Positions 12,572 to 31,637 of a DNA stretch of 64,000 nt are shown piece after piece; positions within the stretch are counted from its first letter, which is position 1, and every line of letters starts with the position of its first letter. The DNA lies in the NCBI GenBank assembly GCA_964016885.1, contig OZ024740.1:211110001-211174000 (forward strand), written 5' to 3'. The notes under the pieces were generated by a model. The model was not told where the DNA came from, did no database searches, and saw only the letters and a program-made list of their open reading frames with translations. The position numbers and the translations under genes are program-made. This DNA comes from Eledone cirrhosa. Lineage: Eukaryota.

Positions 12572-12985
12572 AATTGCTTCTACTTTTGGCACAAGACCAG
12601 CAATTACCCAGTGCATTACTGGTACTTTATTTTATCTACCCCGCAAGGATGAAAGGCAAAGTTAACCTCGGCAGGATCTATGCGTCAAAGCATGGCGTCC
12701 GGCCCTCTACCGATACTGCCAAAGGCACAAGGCCAGCAATTACCCAGTGCATCACTGGTACTTTATTTTATTGACCCCGTAAGGATGAAAGGCAAAGTTC
12801 ACCTCGGCGGGATCTATGCGTCAAAGCATGGCGTTCGGCCCTCTACCAATACTGCCAAAGGCACAAGGCCATCAACTTTGTGGGGAGTGGCAAGTCAAAT
12901 TGATCCCAGTGCATTACTGCTCAGTAACTATGCCACAAAGCATGTTGTTCGACACTCTACCGGTACTGCTAATCCATCACCCTTC
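12572..12985 (-). mobile_element. Tandem array of internally deleted SINE copies
   Basis: Two ~137-bp units lacking the B-box segment plus a third divergent unit, joined head to tail at actgccaaaggcacaaggcc. Confidence 0.85.
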
Positions 12986-13002
12986 TGTTAATAATAATAA
13001 TT

Positions 13003-13192
13003 ATACCAAGAAAATAAAAAGATTCTTGAAAGATATAGGAGTAGCAACAAATGTAGAATTTATTCAAAAGTTTGACTTACTGAGTACAGCAAGATTCATT
13101 AGAAAAGTCATTGAATGCTAAGGAAACTAGTTCTGACCAGACCTTAAGGAAAAATTCCAATTTATATATATGTGCAAAAACAACAATAATAA
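13003..13192 (+). mobile_element. Dong/R4-clade non-LTR element, 3' tip
   Basis: RFLKDIGVATNVEFIQKFDLLSTARFIRKVIEC* matches the R4/Dong C-terminal QK..LLGTARI.RKV motif; flanked by (TAA)n-like tracts, the known Dong target. Confidence 0.7.
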
Positions 13193-13341
13193 CTGTTAGT
13201 GTTAGATTGTTGGTCAGTAGGAAATATAATAAACCAGTAAAAGGTGGAAATATCGAACCATGAGCGAAAATCTTCCAATCCTCAACAAGTGGGTTTTCTT
13301 AAAAAACCCACTGTACCAATAGGAAATGTATCATATGTAAG

Positions 13342-13710
13342 ATGAACCCTCAGATAAACTGTAAAACTAGAAACGTAGTCTATAGCATAAGATGTACAGG
13401 GGGTACTTGCAGAAACACGACAACAACATACATAGGCGAAACAGCTTGTAGCATAGGTGAAAGGATAGACCAACACTGGGGGGAACTAAAAGGACGAAAA
13501 AACGGGTCAGTACTATACGAACATGCTAGACAACAACATGATGGTAACATAGACAACATAGAAATTAGAATATCTAAACATAGGAATGACCCAGCAGATA
13601 GGCAAATCAGAGAGGCCAGTGAAATAGAAATTAGAAGACCAAAGCTAAACAGAAAGAATGAGTGGAACAACAACACCCAAACAAACAACACTGACCTAAG
13701 AGAAGTATAA
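13342..13710 (+). pseudogene. PLE GIY-YIG endonuclease domain (5'-truncated ORF)
   Basis: ORF track, 122 aa: VVY..YIG bipartite motif, conserved R, E and N, CCHH residues. Confidence 0.9.
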
Positions 13711-13984
13711 ATAAGTAAATAAAATAAAATAAAATAAGATAAATAAATACATACACAAGCACAATAACAACAAGGACATAAACACACACTAGTCACCCAG
13801 CAGACACAACACTATACACACTAGTCACACAGCAAACATAACACTATACACACACGCAAACGCATGCGCAAAGAAGACAAAATAAGATAAACAAACACGC
13901 AAATAAATAAATAAATATATAGACAGACTGAATAAAAAAATGGCGTAGACATACAACACAACAGGAGGAAAAAAAAAATATATA

Positions 13985-14030
13985 ACACCACTGACGATGT
14001 TGCAGATGTGCAACGAAAGATTTATGTAAA
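13985..14030 (+). ncRNA. Hammerhead ribozyme-like motif (type I, weak stems I and III)
   Basis: CUGACGA-U-GUUGCA(gaug)UGCAAC-GAAA-GAUUUA; identical inverted copy at 17565-17610. Confidence 0.6.
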
Positions 14031-14237
14031 TTATGTAAACTATATATATGTGTTTGTGTCTATATTGTATCTGTATTATTTTTGACCGTCGGTCAGTCAA
14101 TGGCAACATTGAGGACCGACTAAGTTAGATCGCAGATATAAAAGACAGCGAGAAGCGAAAACCAACCAAACAGTGAGTGTGTTCTGTTATTAATTCTGGC
14201 AATATTACACAAATATGACCCTCCCCAAGTATAACAA

Positions 14238-15182
<945 letters not shown>

Positions 15183-15183
15183 A

Positions 15184-16391
15184 GGTCGTGCTCGGTGTGT
15201 AGGAAAGGCGTAGGTAGAAACTCCATTTTATGTCCTAAATGCAAAGTATGGGTGCATAAAAGATGTAGTGGGATCACAGGTAAGCTAACTAAGAACATAG
15301 ATTTTACATGTGGCCGGTGCTCTGGTGCAATAAGTAGCAGCAAGTGCCCACAAAATACTAGCTCTTTCAATTGCGCAGAGGGTTCTATAGAAATAGTGGA
15401 CAGCTTCCGTTACCTGGGCGATAAAATCAGCAGTGGGGGAGGGTGCTCTGAAAGTACTGTAGCTAGAGTCAGAACTGGTTGGAAAAAGTTCAGAGAGCTT
15501 ATACCACTATTAGCTGCTAAAGGGTTCTCCCTAAAAATGAAAGGCAGGTTGTACGATGCCTGCATACGAACAGCAATGCTGCATGGCAGTGAGACCTGGG
15601 CATTGTGTGCAGAGGATATACGCAGACTAGAGAGGAACGAAGCTTGCATGCTCTGCTGGATGTGTAACAGTAATATACGTGAACGGCAAAGCATAAACGA
15701 ACTAAGGAAAAAATTAGAGACGAACTAAGGAAAAAATTAGAGATAAGAGGGATCAGATGTTGTTTACTCGAGAGAAGGCTACGTTGGTATGGACATGTGA
15801 TGCGCATGAAAGTCGATAGCTGTATAACAAAGTGCAGGGCAATAAAGATAGATGGTAGTCACGGAATAGGCAGACCTAGAAAAACCTGGGACGAGCTGAT
15901 AAACTCCGACATCACACACTTACACCTCTCCAAGACAATGTCACTGGACCGAGACCTTTGGCGGTACTCAGTAACAGAGAAGACCCGCCTTACCTAAATA
16001 TATAGTAAAACCTACTCCAGCCAGTAGGCATCTCTAACAAAATACACCCCGTCCCACCACCACCACCCCCACCCCATCCACACCACCCCGTTCTATGTAA
16101 AGTTATGTTGGTGCCGCGCCATCGAGGCCGAAACAAATGAGATCGTGTAGGTGTCACGACAAAAAAACACACAGTCCACGCTGTAATGTGGCCGTGTAGG
16201 CAACACGGTAAAAACCTCCCAGACCCGCACTGTAAATGTGGTTGGTGTTAGGAAGGGCATCCAACTGTAGAAAACCTGCCAGACAGTCCTATGCGAGCAA
16301 GACAATCACTCTTGCCTCAAGTGGGACTACCCCCGTCCAAACCCATGCAAGCGTGGAACACGGACGTTAAACGTTGATGATGATGATGATG
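15184..16391 (+). mobile_element. 5'-truncated PHD-RTE LINE with complete 3' UTR and (GAT)n tail, embedded in (TA)n
   Basis: [39 protein letters not shown]; near-identical to 39680-40860; internal ~22-bp duplication (cgaactaaggaaaaaattagag) breaks the frame. Confidence 0.95.
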
Positions 16392-16830
16392 ATATATATA
16401 TATATATACATATATACATATACATATATACATATATATATACATATATACATATACATATATACATATATACATATACATATATACATATATATATACA
16501 TATATACATATACATATATACATATACATATATACATATACATATATACATATATATATACATATATACATATATAAATACATATATACATATATATATA
16601 CATATATACATATATACTTATATACATATATATATACGTATATATATACATATATACATATATATATACATACATATATACATATATATATACATATATA
16701 TATACATATATATATACATATATACATATATACTTATATACATATATACTTATATACATATATACTTATATACATATATACTTATATACATATATACTTA
16801 TATACATATATACTTATATACATATATACT

Positions 16831-16882
<52 letters not shown>

Positions 16883-17205
16883 CATATATATACATATATA
16901 TATATATATATACATATATATATACATATATATATACATATATATACACATATATATACACATATATATACATACAGATATATATATATATACATATATA
17001 TATATACATATATATATATACATATATACAGATATATATATACATATATATATATACATATATAACGAAGGAAATGTGGTAAGGAACCAGGTGGACAATA
17101 ACGCACCATACATATATATATACATATATATATATATTCATATAAATATACATATATATATACATATATACATATATATATATATATACATATATATATA
17201 CATAT

Positions 17206-17238
<33 letters not shown>

Positions 17239-17310
17239 TATATACATATATATATATATATACATATATACATATATATATATATTACCAATATACATAT
17301 ATATATATTA
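16391..17310. repeat. Interrupted (TA)n microsatellite with a ~44-bp unique island at 17064-17107
   Basis: Direct inspection. Confidence 0.95.
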
Positions 17311-17965
17311 GTTTAGCGAGGTTTTTTTTTATATGAAATCGTGTGTCGAAACAAAAATTGTTATACTTGGGGAGGGTCATATTTTTGTAATATTGCCAGA
17401 ATTAATAACAGAACACACTCACTGTTTGGTTGGTTTTCGCTTCTCGCTGTCTTTTATATCTGCGATCTAACTTAATCGGTCCTCAATGTTGCCATTGACT
17501 GACCGACGGTCAAAAATAATACAGATACAATATAGACACAAACACATATATATAGTTTACATAATTTACATAAATCTTTCGTTGCACATCTGCAACATCG
17601 TCAGTGGTGTTATATTTTTTCCTCCTGTTGTGTTGTATGTCTACGCCATTTTTTATTCAGTCTGTCTATATATTTATTTGCTTGTTTGTTTATTTTATTT
17701 TGTCTTCTTTGCGCATGCGTTTGCGTGTTTGTATAGCGTTATGTTTGCTGTGTGACTAGTGTGTATAGTGTTGTGTCTGCTGGGTGAGTAGTGTGTGTTT
17801 ATGTGCTTGTTGTTATTGTGCTTGTGTATGTATTTATTTACCTTATCGATTAAGTTAGATCGCAGATATAAAAGACAGCGAGAAGCGAAAACCAACCAAA
17901 CAGTGAGTGTGTTCTGTTATTAATTCTGGCAATATTACAAAAATATGACCCTCCCCAAGTATAAC
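17311..17965 (-). mobile_element. Non-coding PLE copy with inverted terminal segment
   Basis: 17357-17846 is the reverse complement of 13735-14238; 17847-17965 is an inverted duplicate of 17357-17478; hammerhead motif at 17565-17610 (-). Confidence 0.9.
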
Positions 17966-17967
17966 CA

Positions 17968-20870
<2,903 letters not shown>

Positions 20871-20907
20871 CAATTAACAACAAAGAGCGCTTAGAACATA
20901 GATATAT

Positions 20908-20965
20908 CTTTAATTGCTAACAGTGTTTCGTCCACACTAGAAGTGGGACTCTTCAGAGCATAAAG
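20908..20965 (-). ncRNA. Type I hammerhead ribozyme (inverted copy)
   Basis: Reverse complement of 22071-22128. Confidence 0.85.
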
Positions 20966-21377
20966 AGTAAATACATAGTATACAAGCATTGACAAAGCCA
21001 AAACAGAAGAATATATGTGGGGATACCATAAGTTGGGAGGAGTTTAAAGAGTAAAGTAAAAGGAGTGCGGACATAGCATCTGTTCATAAAAAATCTCATT
21101 CGAACACTCTATTGTTGAACTGCGGCTAACTGCAACACCTAAGGCGTCCGTGTGCTCCTGATATATTCCATATATCACCATGAGTCAACACTAGTGTCAC
21201 CTTAGGATTTCTATAATAATATTATTATTACATGCCCTAATAATTACCATCTTGATTACCCTTATTACATCTTTTTACCCCCAGTTACATTTTTATAAAT
21301 ATGCATTACTTGGACTGATATGTGTATGTATGTATATATATATCCTTATATATACGTCTCTTTTATATATATTTTTT

Positions 21378-21409
<32 letters not shown>

Positions 21410-22070
21410 TATTTTTGTATATATTTTTGTGTATTTTATATGTTGTACGTATATCACTTGTTGAACATAGCTTGATAGCTTATGCATTTGCCAGTCTTAT
21501 CTTTACCCACACCTTCCTTTATGGTGTATATTTTACTCCATTTTTTTGGTGTATTGTTTTATTTATCTTCTGGTGTATATTTTACTTTACTTTATTTTAT
21601 TTTATTTTATTTTATTTTTTATCTTTTATCTATTTTTTATCTATTTTTTATCTATTTCTTATCTATCTGTTTTTTATCTATTTTTTATCTACCTCTTATC
21701 TATTTTTTATCTATCTCTATCTCTTAACTTGTGCCCATCCGTCTATGATATGTTATTTGTATTAGTGTATACTGTATGTGTTGCATACGTGTGCTTGTGT
21801 GTAGGTGCATGCGGGTGCTCATGCTTATGCGTATACTTGTATGTAGCTGTATGTTAACGGAACCCTGCCCAACTGTGAGTGATAACATTTCTTATTTTTC
21901 ATTTTTATTTTTATTTTTATTTTTATTTTTATTTTTATTTTTATTTTTATTTTACTCTTTTCTTATTTTACTCCTTTTACTTTACTCTTTAAACTCCTAC
22001 CAACTTATGGTATCCCCACATATATTCTTCTGTTTTGGCTTTGTCAATGCTTGTATACTATGTATTTACT

Positions 22071-22128
22071 CTTTATGCTCTGAAGAGTCCCACTTCTAGT
22101 GTGGACGAAACACTGTTAGCAATTAAAG
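22071..22128 (+). ncRNA. Type I hammerhead ribozyme
   Basis: CUUUA-UGCU | CUGAAGA | GUCC-CAC(uucua)GUG-u-GGAC | GAAAC-acu-GUU | AGCA-au-UAAAG; predicted cleavage after 22117. Confidence 0.87.
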
Positions 22129-22248
22129 ATATACCTATGTTCTAAGCGCTCTTTGTTGTTAATTGTATTACGGCTCTGTCCTCTGACATTGAGCTAACCA
22201 TATACTGCCTATTTGATAAGTGGAGTGTTACACACTCCCAATTCTCTC

Positions 22249-23793
<1,545 letters not shown>

Positions 23794-24274
23794 AAGTCAT
23801 AAGTATACTCTGTCTTACTTAGATTGATGTGATTATTTCAACTAATTTATTGCTAGCATTGTTAGTATTGTTGTTATTGTTCTGATTGAATGCCACTACT
23901 ATATATAGAAGCTATGCCTGTGTATTCCCTTCCTTCTCGCTAGCTCTGATGAATTGACTGGTTATAACTACGTATTGGTGATCGATTGACGCAGAAACAG
24001 GTGAGTAGCGATCTCTAGACCTACCAGTTCAGAGAAACAATTGTCAGCAATGTGATTAAAGCCCTTATTGTATAGCAAACCGTGTCACTCTTCTTTCTTG
24101 ATTTATCATTACTCCAAGTGTTAACAACATAGAAATCACCGCGTACATGCAGCATCACTATGGAAACGCCTTGTTGAGTCAAACTTAGCCTAGCGTTGAT
24201 ACCATCCACTACTCGGAGTACCCTAACTGGACTACACCTAAGTGGACTACCTATAACAATAATCTGTTATCCCG
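23794..24274 (+). mobile_element. Probable PLE pLTR remnant between (TA)n tracts, with a degenerate hammerhead at 23937-24011
   Basis: UCGCUA-G-CU | CUGAUGA .. GAAAC-ag-GUG | AG-UAGCGA; weak stem II and non-canonical GUG triplet. Confidence 0.45.
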
Positions 24275-26734
24275 TATATATATATATATATATATTTATT
24301 AAAATAACTGATTAAAGTTTAAGCAAATATATATATATATATATATACCTATCTAAGTAAAGAAACTATACTATGTATACTGTTTTAAAGAAGTTTGACA
24401 TCCTCTATCTAGTTCCCTTTTCCCTCTCATTTCATTTCCTACTCTGTGTTTATCTAACATTGCCTTGAACAATACTATTACTGCTACTGCTGCTACCACT
24501 ACTTCTACAATAGCTACAAAACACCCACAATATAAAATATATATTGCTTGAGATTCACCAATGTATGAGTGTGTGTGGGTGTTTGCATATGTATGTGAGT
24601 GTATGTGTGTGCATGTGTATATGTATATGTGTGTGCATGGGAGTATGTATATATGTGTATGTATGTGTGAGTATATATATGTATCTGTATGTGTGAATAT
24701 GTACGTAGATTAGGTTTCCTCTTGAAATGTGTGTGTATGTATGTGTATATGAGTGCGTATGTATGTGTATATGAGTGCGTGTGTATGTATGTGAGTATGT
24801 GGATTATATTTCTTAAGTGTATATGTGTGTATGTCTGTATATGCATATATATTATGTTTCCTCTAGAAATGTGTGTGTGCATGCATGTATATATATGAGT
24901 GGGTATATATGTATGTAGATTATGTTTCCTCCTTAAATATGTATATATGTATGTATACGTGAGTGTGTATATATATGTGTATATGTTTCCACCTGAAATG
25001 CAAGGTAATGTTTATTATTAATATCCTGATTATGAAGCTTTAACATATGGAACTGTTTATTTACTATTTTATCTATTTAGAAAGGTTTTATTTTATATTT
25101 ACTTATTTATATCATCATCATCATTTATTTAGAAAGGAACATATTTTCTTTTACTTATTTGCATATGTATATACATATATACATAAAGATATATCTGTAC
25201 ATTGTATATTCATATACAAACTTTTGCATGTATACACACACACACACACACATATATATATGACAGTGTATATTCATATTCGAACTTGTGCATGTGTATA
25301 CACACACATATACGTCTGTACATAACTGTAGAATTGCATCTCATGTAATTTTCTCCATCTTCTTCACCGTCAAATAACATTATCGTTTTACTCTATTTTT
25401 CATTCTATCTTTCTCAGGTACATCTGCACTACTTAAATATGATACCAATATTTTGAATCTTTTGGAATATTTCTGAAATTGTTATGCTGCATCCAAAAGA
25501 TTTAGAATATAATCAAGTCTGAGGAGAAAAACATACTTTTTGTTCTACTAAAACATCATGTATTAACATACTTTCCATGTTGGCATGGGTTAGACAGGTC
25601 ATCATAGGGGCCAGTCAGTTCTTATATGGAGTTACTGCACTCCTAAATGGATCAAAGATCCATGTCTTGCAAATACATTACATTTCTGGCATGATTTCTA
25701 GTTAGATGCCCTTCCTAACACCAAACACTTTAGAGAGTTTAGTTGGTGAATTTTATTGCAGTACCAGCACTAGAGAGGATGTTATAAATAAGACAGAACT
25801 AAAGAGTTTTCTCAACCCTATGTTATCTCCACTTGTTTGCCAACCACTTTACAGAGTTTACTGGGTGTGTTTTATCATGGCACCAGCACTAATGAAGTTG
25901 ACTTTTGTCTTGAAACACTAAAGAGTACTTATTGCTTATGCTGTCTCCTTTTATTTAACCTGATCTGTGCCGTAAATTAGATAACTCGTCCTAACATGTA
26001 TGCATTCCAGTGCCATGGACGAGATAACTCATCCTAACATGTTTGAACTCTTTTCCAACAGTTCATAACTTCAAAGCTAGATAGAGTTACTAGTTTATTG
26101 ATATGACGTTTGTCAATCATTCAGATGTGTTGTTAATAAATGTTTGTTTTAAAAAATAGTCATTTTACTGAAATAAAACCCACACAGCAACTGTAGCTGT
26201 GTAAAATATATGCAGTAGGCAACAGGTTAAGGAAACATGGCCAAAACAGTGAAAAGAGTACAATTACAGAAAATATGGATGTGTATGTGAAGATAGTGGG
26301 CGTATGATGGGGGAAAACAGAGTTATCAAGGTGAAGGGGAGGCTGAGAAGCAAGTACTGGTAAGAAAACAGTAACAGTAGTGTAATGGAAGAACCTTGGT
26401 GGTGAGGGTGAAGGGAGCAAGAACATGATGGAAGAAATAGTGTGCAGAGTAGGGGGGGGGGGGGGTAATGGGAGGGAGAGAGAAGAGAGAGAGAGATAGG
26501 GAGAGCTGGAGTGTGTTATGGATGAGAGATAATAGTATATTTTATTATCAATGAAATGTGCAGAAGTAGATTTATTGAAACTGATTGACACAAATAAACC
26601 AAAGAATGTTTAAGAAAGAACTTCTACACAAACCATGGAAAGTAACAAATCCTTATTGGATTAGGTGAACTGAATACAGCTCCTTCGCAAGACAAGGAAT
26701 TTATCAAGTCCTATTGGATGAGGTAAAAAGGGTC

Positions 26735-28200
26735 ATCATCATCATTTAACATCATGAGTTACATGGGTTGTCACGTTATGGAGCAATTCAGGTCAGGTGA
26801 CCAGGTCTTGTTCATACAGATCTATATTTTGGCTTGGTTTCTACAGCTGGATGCCCTTCCTAATGCTGACCACTGAGTGTGGACTGGGTGCTTTTTATCA
26901 TGCCACTGAAACGACCACTTAACAGGGTGGACTGAGTGCTTTTTGTTGTGTTACTAGCACGACCACCTTACAGGGTGGACTGGGTGGTTTTGTTGTTATG
27001 ACATTGGATCAGCATACAGAGTGGACTTAATGATTTTGTCATAGTAATGGCATTGTGGGACATCAGATGTAAAGTGTCAAGCTTCAATGCCATCATGCAA
27101 GGCTTACGCAGGTAGGGTGTATCAGGAGTGAGGGTTTGGAGATGGGGACAAGTAAGCAAGTTTGCTATCAACAAGGTGCATGGGATATTTAGCTGGTGAG
27201 AGTGAGATATTAAGATTGGGGGGAGTGAATAGGGAGAGGTGAAGAGAAGATTACTGTAGACTAGTGTGACCTTTACATGTTTGTTTCATTTCATTTTGTA
27301 CACATGGTAAGGCAGGTCTTCTGCAGTACAGTATAATGCCAGAGATCTCGATCCTGTGTCATCTCCTTTGTGAGGTTTAATCGGTCAAGGTCAGCATTTA
27401 TCACTTCATCCCAAGCTTTCCTAGGTCTTCCTCTGCACCTTTTTGTACAGATACTATCTTCCATACACATAACATGTCCAAACCATCACAATCCTCTCCT
27501 GCACACACCCCTTTTATACCTAATTTCTCTCTCAGTTCATTGATGCTTTTTCCTTCATGCACACTACTACTACACATCCATCGGAACATGCAAACTTATT
27601 TCATTCCAATCTTCATATCTATGAAGATTGGAATGAAATCTGCATATTCCCCAGGTCTCACTACCATGCAGCATTGCTGTTTGTACACAAGCTTCATACA
27701 GTCTGCCTTTCATTTTGAGGGGAAAACCTTTTGTAACTAGCAGTGGTAGTCATTCCCTGAACTTTTTCCATTCTCACTCTGGCTATTATACTTTCAGATT
27801 ACCCACCTCCACAGCTAATTTGGTCACCTAGGTAACAGAAACTATCAACTACTACAGAGCCCTCTGAGCATTTAAAAGAGCTAGTTCCCTGTGAGTTCTG
27901 ACTACATAATACACTTGTGCATTGACCACATATAAAACCTACATTCTTTGCTGGCCTGTTTGAGATTCCACTACAATCTTGTGTACTCATAGCTTGCATT
28001 TGGGACATTGGATAGAAGTTCTACTCACTGCTGTCCTGCACACTGAGTACTACCATTTCCCTGAGGGTATCTGGGCCCTGTTTTCCTCTACATACTAGGA
28101 CATTAATCTTTGTCAAGTTGATTTTAAAACTTGATTTTAGGCCATGCTTCCAGGTTTGGAATTTCTTCTCTAATTCTGCCATAGATTCAGCTATGAGGAT
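26735..28200 (-). mobile_element. Degenerate PHD-RTE LINE, 3' half
   Basis: Minus ORFs VVVDSFCYLGDQISCGGG and MFRWMCSSSVHEGKSINELREKLGI; 3' UTR and (GAT)n at the left end. Confidence 0.85.
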
Positions 28201-28449
28201 ATTCTATGATATTCATAACAGGAGTGGAAAATACACATAAAACAAAAGTAATGAAATGAATCTTTTACTTGCAAATGTTTGAAGCTTGTGAAAACTACTT
28301 TCAACAAAACAGGTTGAGCACTTCAAACATATCCAAAGAACCTGAGAGCATTAACAGTATCTACTCAGACCCACTTCAAAATGCCCCTCCCTCTCTTGAG
28401 CTGGAGATCCTGTTTGTCATACAAGATACACAAACATTGCCCAGGCATT

Positions 28450-30150
28450 CTCAGAGCTGGTGAGTCTATTGTAATGAGTGCGTAGGGAAGGAAATCCACT
28501 CAATACTTGTACTTGGCAAAGATACATAAAGAGGAGAGCATCCTCAATTGATCAGTTTCATCTACTATTCTCCATAAGATGTGTTATGGAGTGCTGGCAA
28601 GAAGGATATCAAGGTTTGATATGGAGTGTTGACAAGAAGTATATCAAGGTTTGATATGGAGTGTTGACAAGAAGTATATCAAGGTTTGATATGGAGTGTT
28701 GGTAAGAAGGATATCAAGGTTTCTAGCAATAAATAAATTTATAAACACTTTAGTTCAGAAAGTTAATGTCCTCGGATTCCCAGGCTGCTTTGAGCATTAG
28801 ATGATTAGACCATTTTGTCTGACATGACCAGGCAAATACATATGTTCCCCATGTTCTGATACACAAAGTATTAGATATATATTCCAGAAAGTATGCGGGA
28901 CCTTCTAGTGTAATACCTTATGCCAATAGTCACATGGTTTACCACCACCAAGCCAACTGGTTAGAACTGATATCATAGCTATACTCTTTCTCATTATAGA
29001 GTTAGTATTGAGAGATGTAAAAAGCCGTTTGGAAAAAATCAGAGGACACATGCTACTCTGCTACCATCACTACTGCATAATATTATAGATGACATTACCA
29101 CTGTAGTAAAAAGAAACAAAAACCCTCCTCGAGTGGTTGGACCTTAAAAAAAGGCTCTTGACTCTGTTCACAGAACAAAAAGTTTTGAGATTCCACAGCT
29201 ATATGATATATCTCAACAGACAACTGATACCATTAAAGAACTTTAGACTGATACGAAGTCCATCATATTTACCCCTGATGGTGAAAAAGGTCTTTGATGT
29301 AATTGCAGGAATTTTTCACCCTTTGTATCATTTTCCTTGATAATACACATTGAGTATCAACAGATACAACAGAGAAGGCCTTCAGTTACTCTAATGCAAT
29401 GCTCACACTATATATACAATTAACACTGCTTGCTAATTCCCTACATGATACACAAGATCAACTAATCTCCTTCAAGAGTGCAGCAAACTGTGTAGGGCTC
29501 TACCTAAATGCACCCCCTCCACCCAGCAAAGAAAAACAAAACAATACATTCATATTTTTCATCAAAAGAAGACAATTACAAATTAAAGTCTTACACAAAA
29601 GTATTCTAAATTGGATGATTTTTAAATACCTAGGTTCCCATGTGATTAGATCAAGAAAGGCAATGACAGGGTCAGCTTGCAATAAAATGGTCAAAATTTG
29701 GACATTTGATTTAAACCAATCTTTTAAAATCAATATCTTTCATGTTCTTTTTGAACCAGTTCTCTTATATGGTAAGAGACATGGATACTTACCATTAGGC
29801 TTCAAAATCAATTAGCTTGATATTACACACAACTTCTATGTATCATGGAAAATCTTTCATGAAAAACACATCCAACAAAAACTTATGAGAATTTATAATT
29901 CATTTCACAAACAATCCTGCAATGTAAAGTAGTTTGTTGGAAAACTGCTTTTGAGTAAAATATGAACTAGTATCATTTGTCTTTTGGAGACCTCAGTCAG
30001 CTGGTGGGAAAAGTTGCAAACTTGCCTTTCCAGATGCCATCTGCCAGAGATTTAAGATATGAAGTGAGAGGCCTTGATGTGGTAATACAAGATTGTGAAC
30101 TCTAGAAAAGTGTTGTGAAGACTGCCACAACAGGAATCACTAAATAATGA
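28450..30150 (+). mobile_element. Old RTE-group LINE of a different family
   Basis: LLANSLHDTQDQL..AANCVGLYLN..FKYLGS..ACNKMVKIW..FEPVLLYG. Confidence 0.7.
28585..28721 (+). repeat. Minisatellite, 35-bp x4
   Basis: atggagtgttgacaagaagtatatcaaggtttgat at 28586, 28621, 28656, 28691. Confidence 0.9.
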
Positions 30151-30249
30151 CAATCAAAGGACATTAGCAACAGAAGAGACAGATGGTTGTGAATAATAAG
30201 ACTTTTCCCAATGAAATACCACTCAACAAAGTAATATTTCTAAAGTTGG

Positions 30250-30490
30250 TATTGAGCCCGAAGGCTCATCAAACCGGGGCTTATCCCGGTTTCTGTGGCA
30301 TTGAGCAACTCAGAATATATGACTACCCATGGACAGGACACCAGTCCATCACAGGGTTAAACCCCCAGCTACTCATTTTCAGTTAAGTATACTGGAGCAA
30401 TGTGAAATGAAGTGCTTTGCTCAAGAATACAAAACACAACCCAGTCAAGGAATCAAACCCATGACACCATGATCGTAAGTCCAACACCCA
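30250..30490 (-). mobile_element. tRNA-derived CORE/V-type SINE
   Basis: Homologous to 48270-48548; minus-strand B-box-like gggtttgattcc followed by tattcttgagcaaagcactt. Confidence 0.7.
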
Positions 30491-30509
30491 CAAAGTAATG
30501 ATTAGTGGC

Positions 30510-31300
30510 ACTGAAATACAAGCTAAGATAGATTGTGATAGACAAAACATTCTAAAGAAGAGAGGAGCAGAAGTAGAAAGATCTCTTAACGTAGGTCCAA
30601 AAAAATACTAGGTGATGTATATGTGGAGAAGGAGATAGAAATGTATGGCATACGAAGCAATAAGGAGATAATCTGTAGAAAGCTACAGACCAAACTTGTG
30701 GATAGAGCAAGGTTCCAGCCAGATAGAAGGTGATATGGTGCTGGAATGGTGTAGTAAGAGACAGACATGGAAAGAATGGAAGAGAGTGGGAAGCAGGAAA
30801 CAATATCAGATACCTAGAAGAGAGGCTAGATGTTAGGTATACTTAGCAAGGGCAAAAGCTGAAAGTAAAAAGTCAGCAAATATTCTGTGATGTGAAAAAC
30901 AGCAGCATGAGGACTCCTGGATTGCAAAGCAGTGAGTCAATATGAATGAAAACATCATTTATAAGATGTCTTCCCAACATACCACAACAGAGTACCCCAG
31001 ATGTCTTCCTAACATACCACAACAGAGTACCCCAGATACTGTCTTCCTAACACGTCACAACAGAGTACCCCTGATACTGTCTTCCAAACTAAAATGACAA
31101 GAGACATTCTTAGTGAAGAACAAACCACTATACCTAGCATTAATTGACCTAGAGAAAACTTTTAACAAGGTACCATGCTCTGTAGTCTAGTATTTAAGAA
31201 AATTAAGTGTAGATTAATGGCTTGTGAGAGCTGTGCAAGCCATGTTGAGATACTGCAAGCAAGGAGAGACAAATTCAGTGAGAAATTTAATGTACAAAAG
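30510..31300 (+). mobile_element. Degenerate RTE fragment containing a ~35-40-bp x3 tandem (30963-31085)
   Basis: REARC, NKPLYLALIDLEKTFNKVP, WLVRAVQAM remnants. Confidence 0.7.
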
Positions 31301-31499
31301 AATCAGCTTCAGTGTTATTACAAAAGGGCTGTTTTTCTAAGGAAATAGCTCACTGAAAGAAACCCATTCCTTCAAGCTAAGTGAAATATTGAGTGAGTGA
31401 ACAATTCAAAAGTGTTTATGCTGTATCAAAAGAACACTGGCAGACTACATATGGAAAGTAGCAATTATTGATTACATCAATATAAAAGAGGAAAATGTA

Positions 31500-31637
31500 A
31501 TACCAGCCATTGATAAAATGATCCTAAACTCAGCCTCATGCCTAAGTATCAGCCATTGATAAAATGATCCTAAACTCAACCTCATGCCCAGGTATCAGTC
31601 ATTGATAAAATGATAGTAAACTCAGCCTCATGCCCAA
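31500..31637 (+). repeat. Tandem repeat, 46-bp x3
   Basis: cagccattgataaaatgatcctaaactcagcctcatgcc repeated. Confidence 0.9.

Noticed and set aside
13201-13301. In-frame TGA upstream of the GIY-YIG as selenocysteine
   Set aside because: Followed by an in-frame TAA and lies outside the apparent 5' junction of the element
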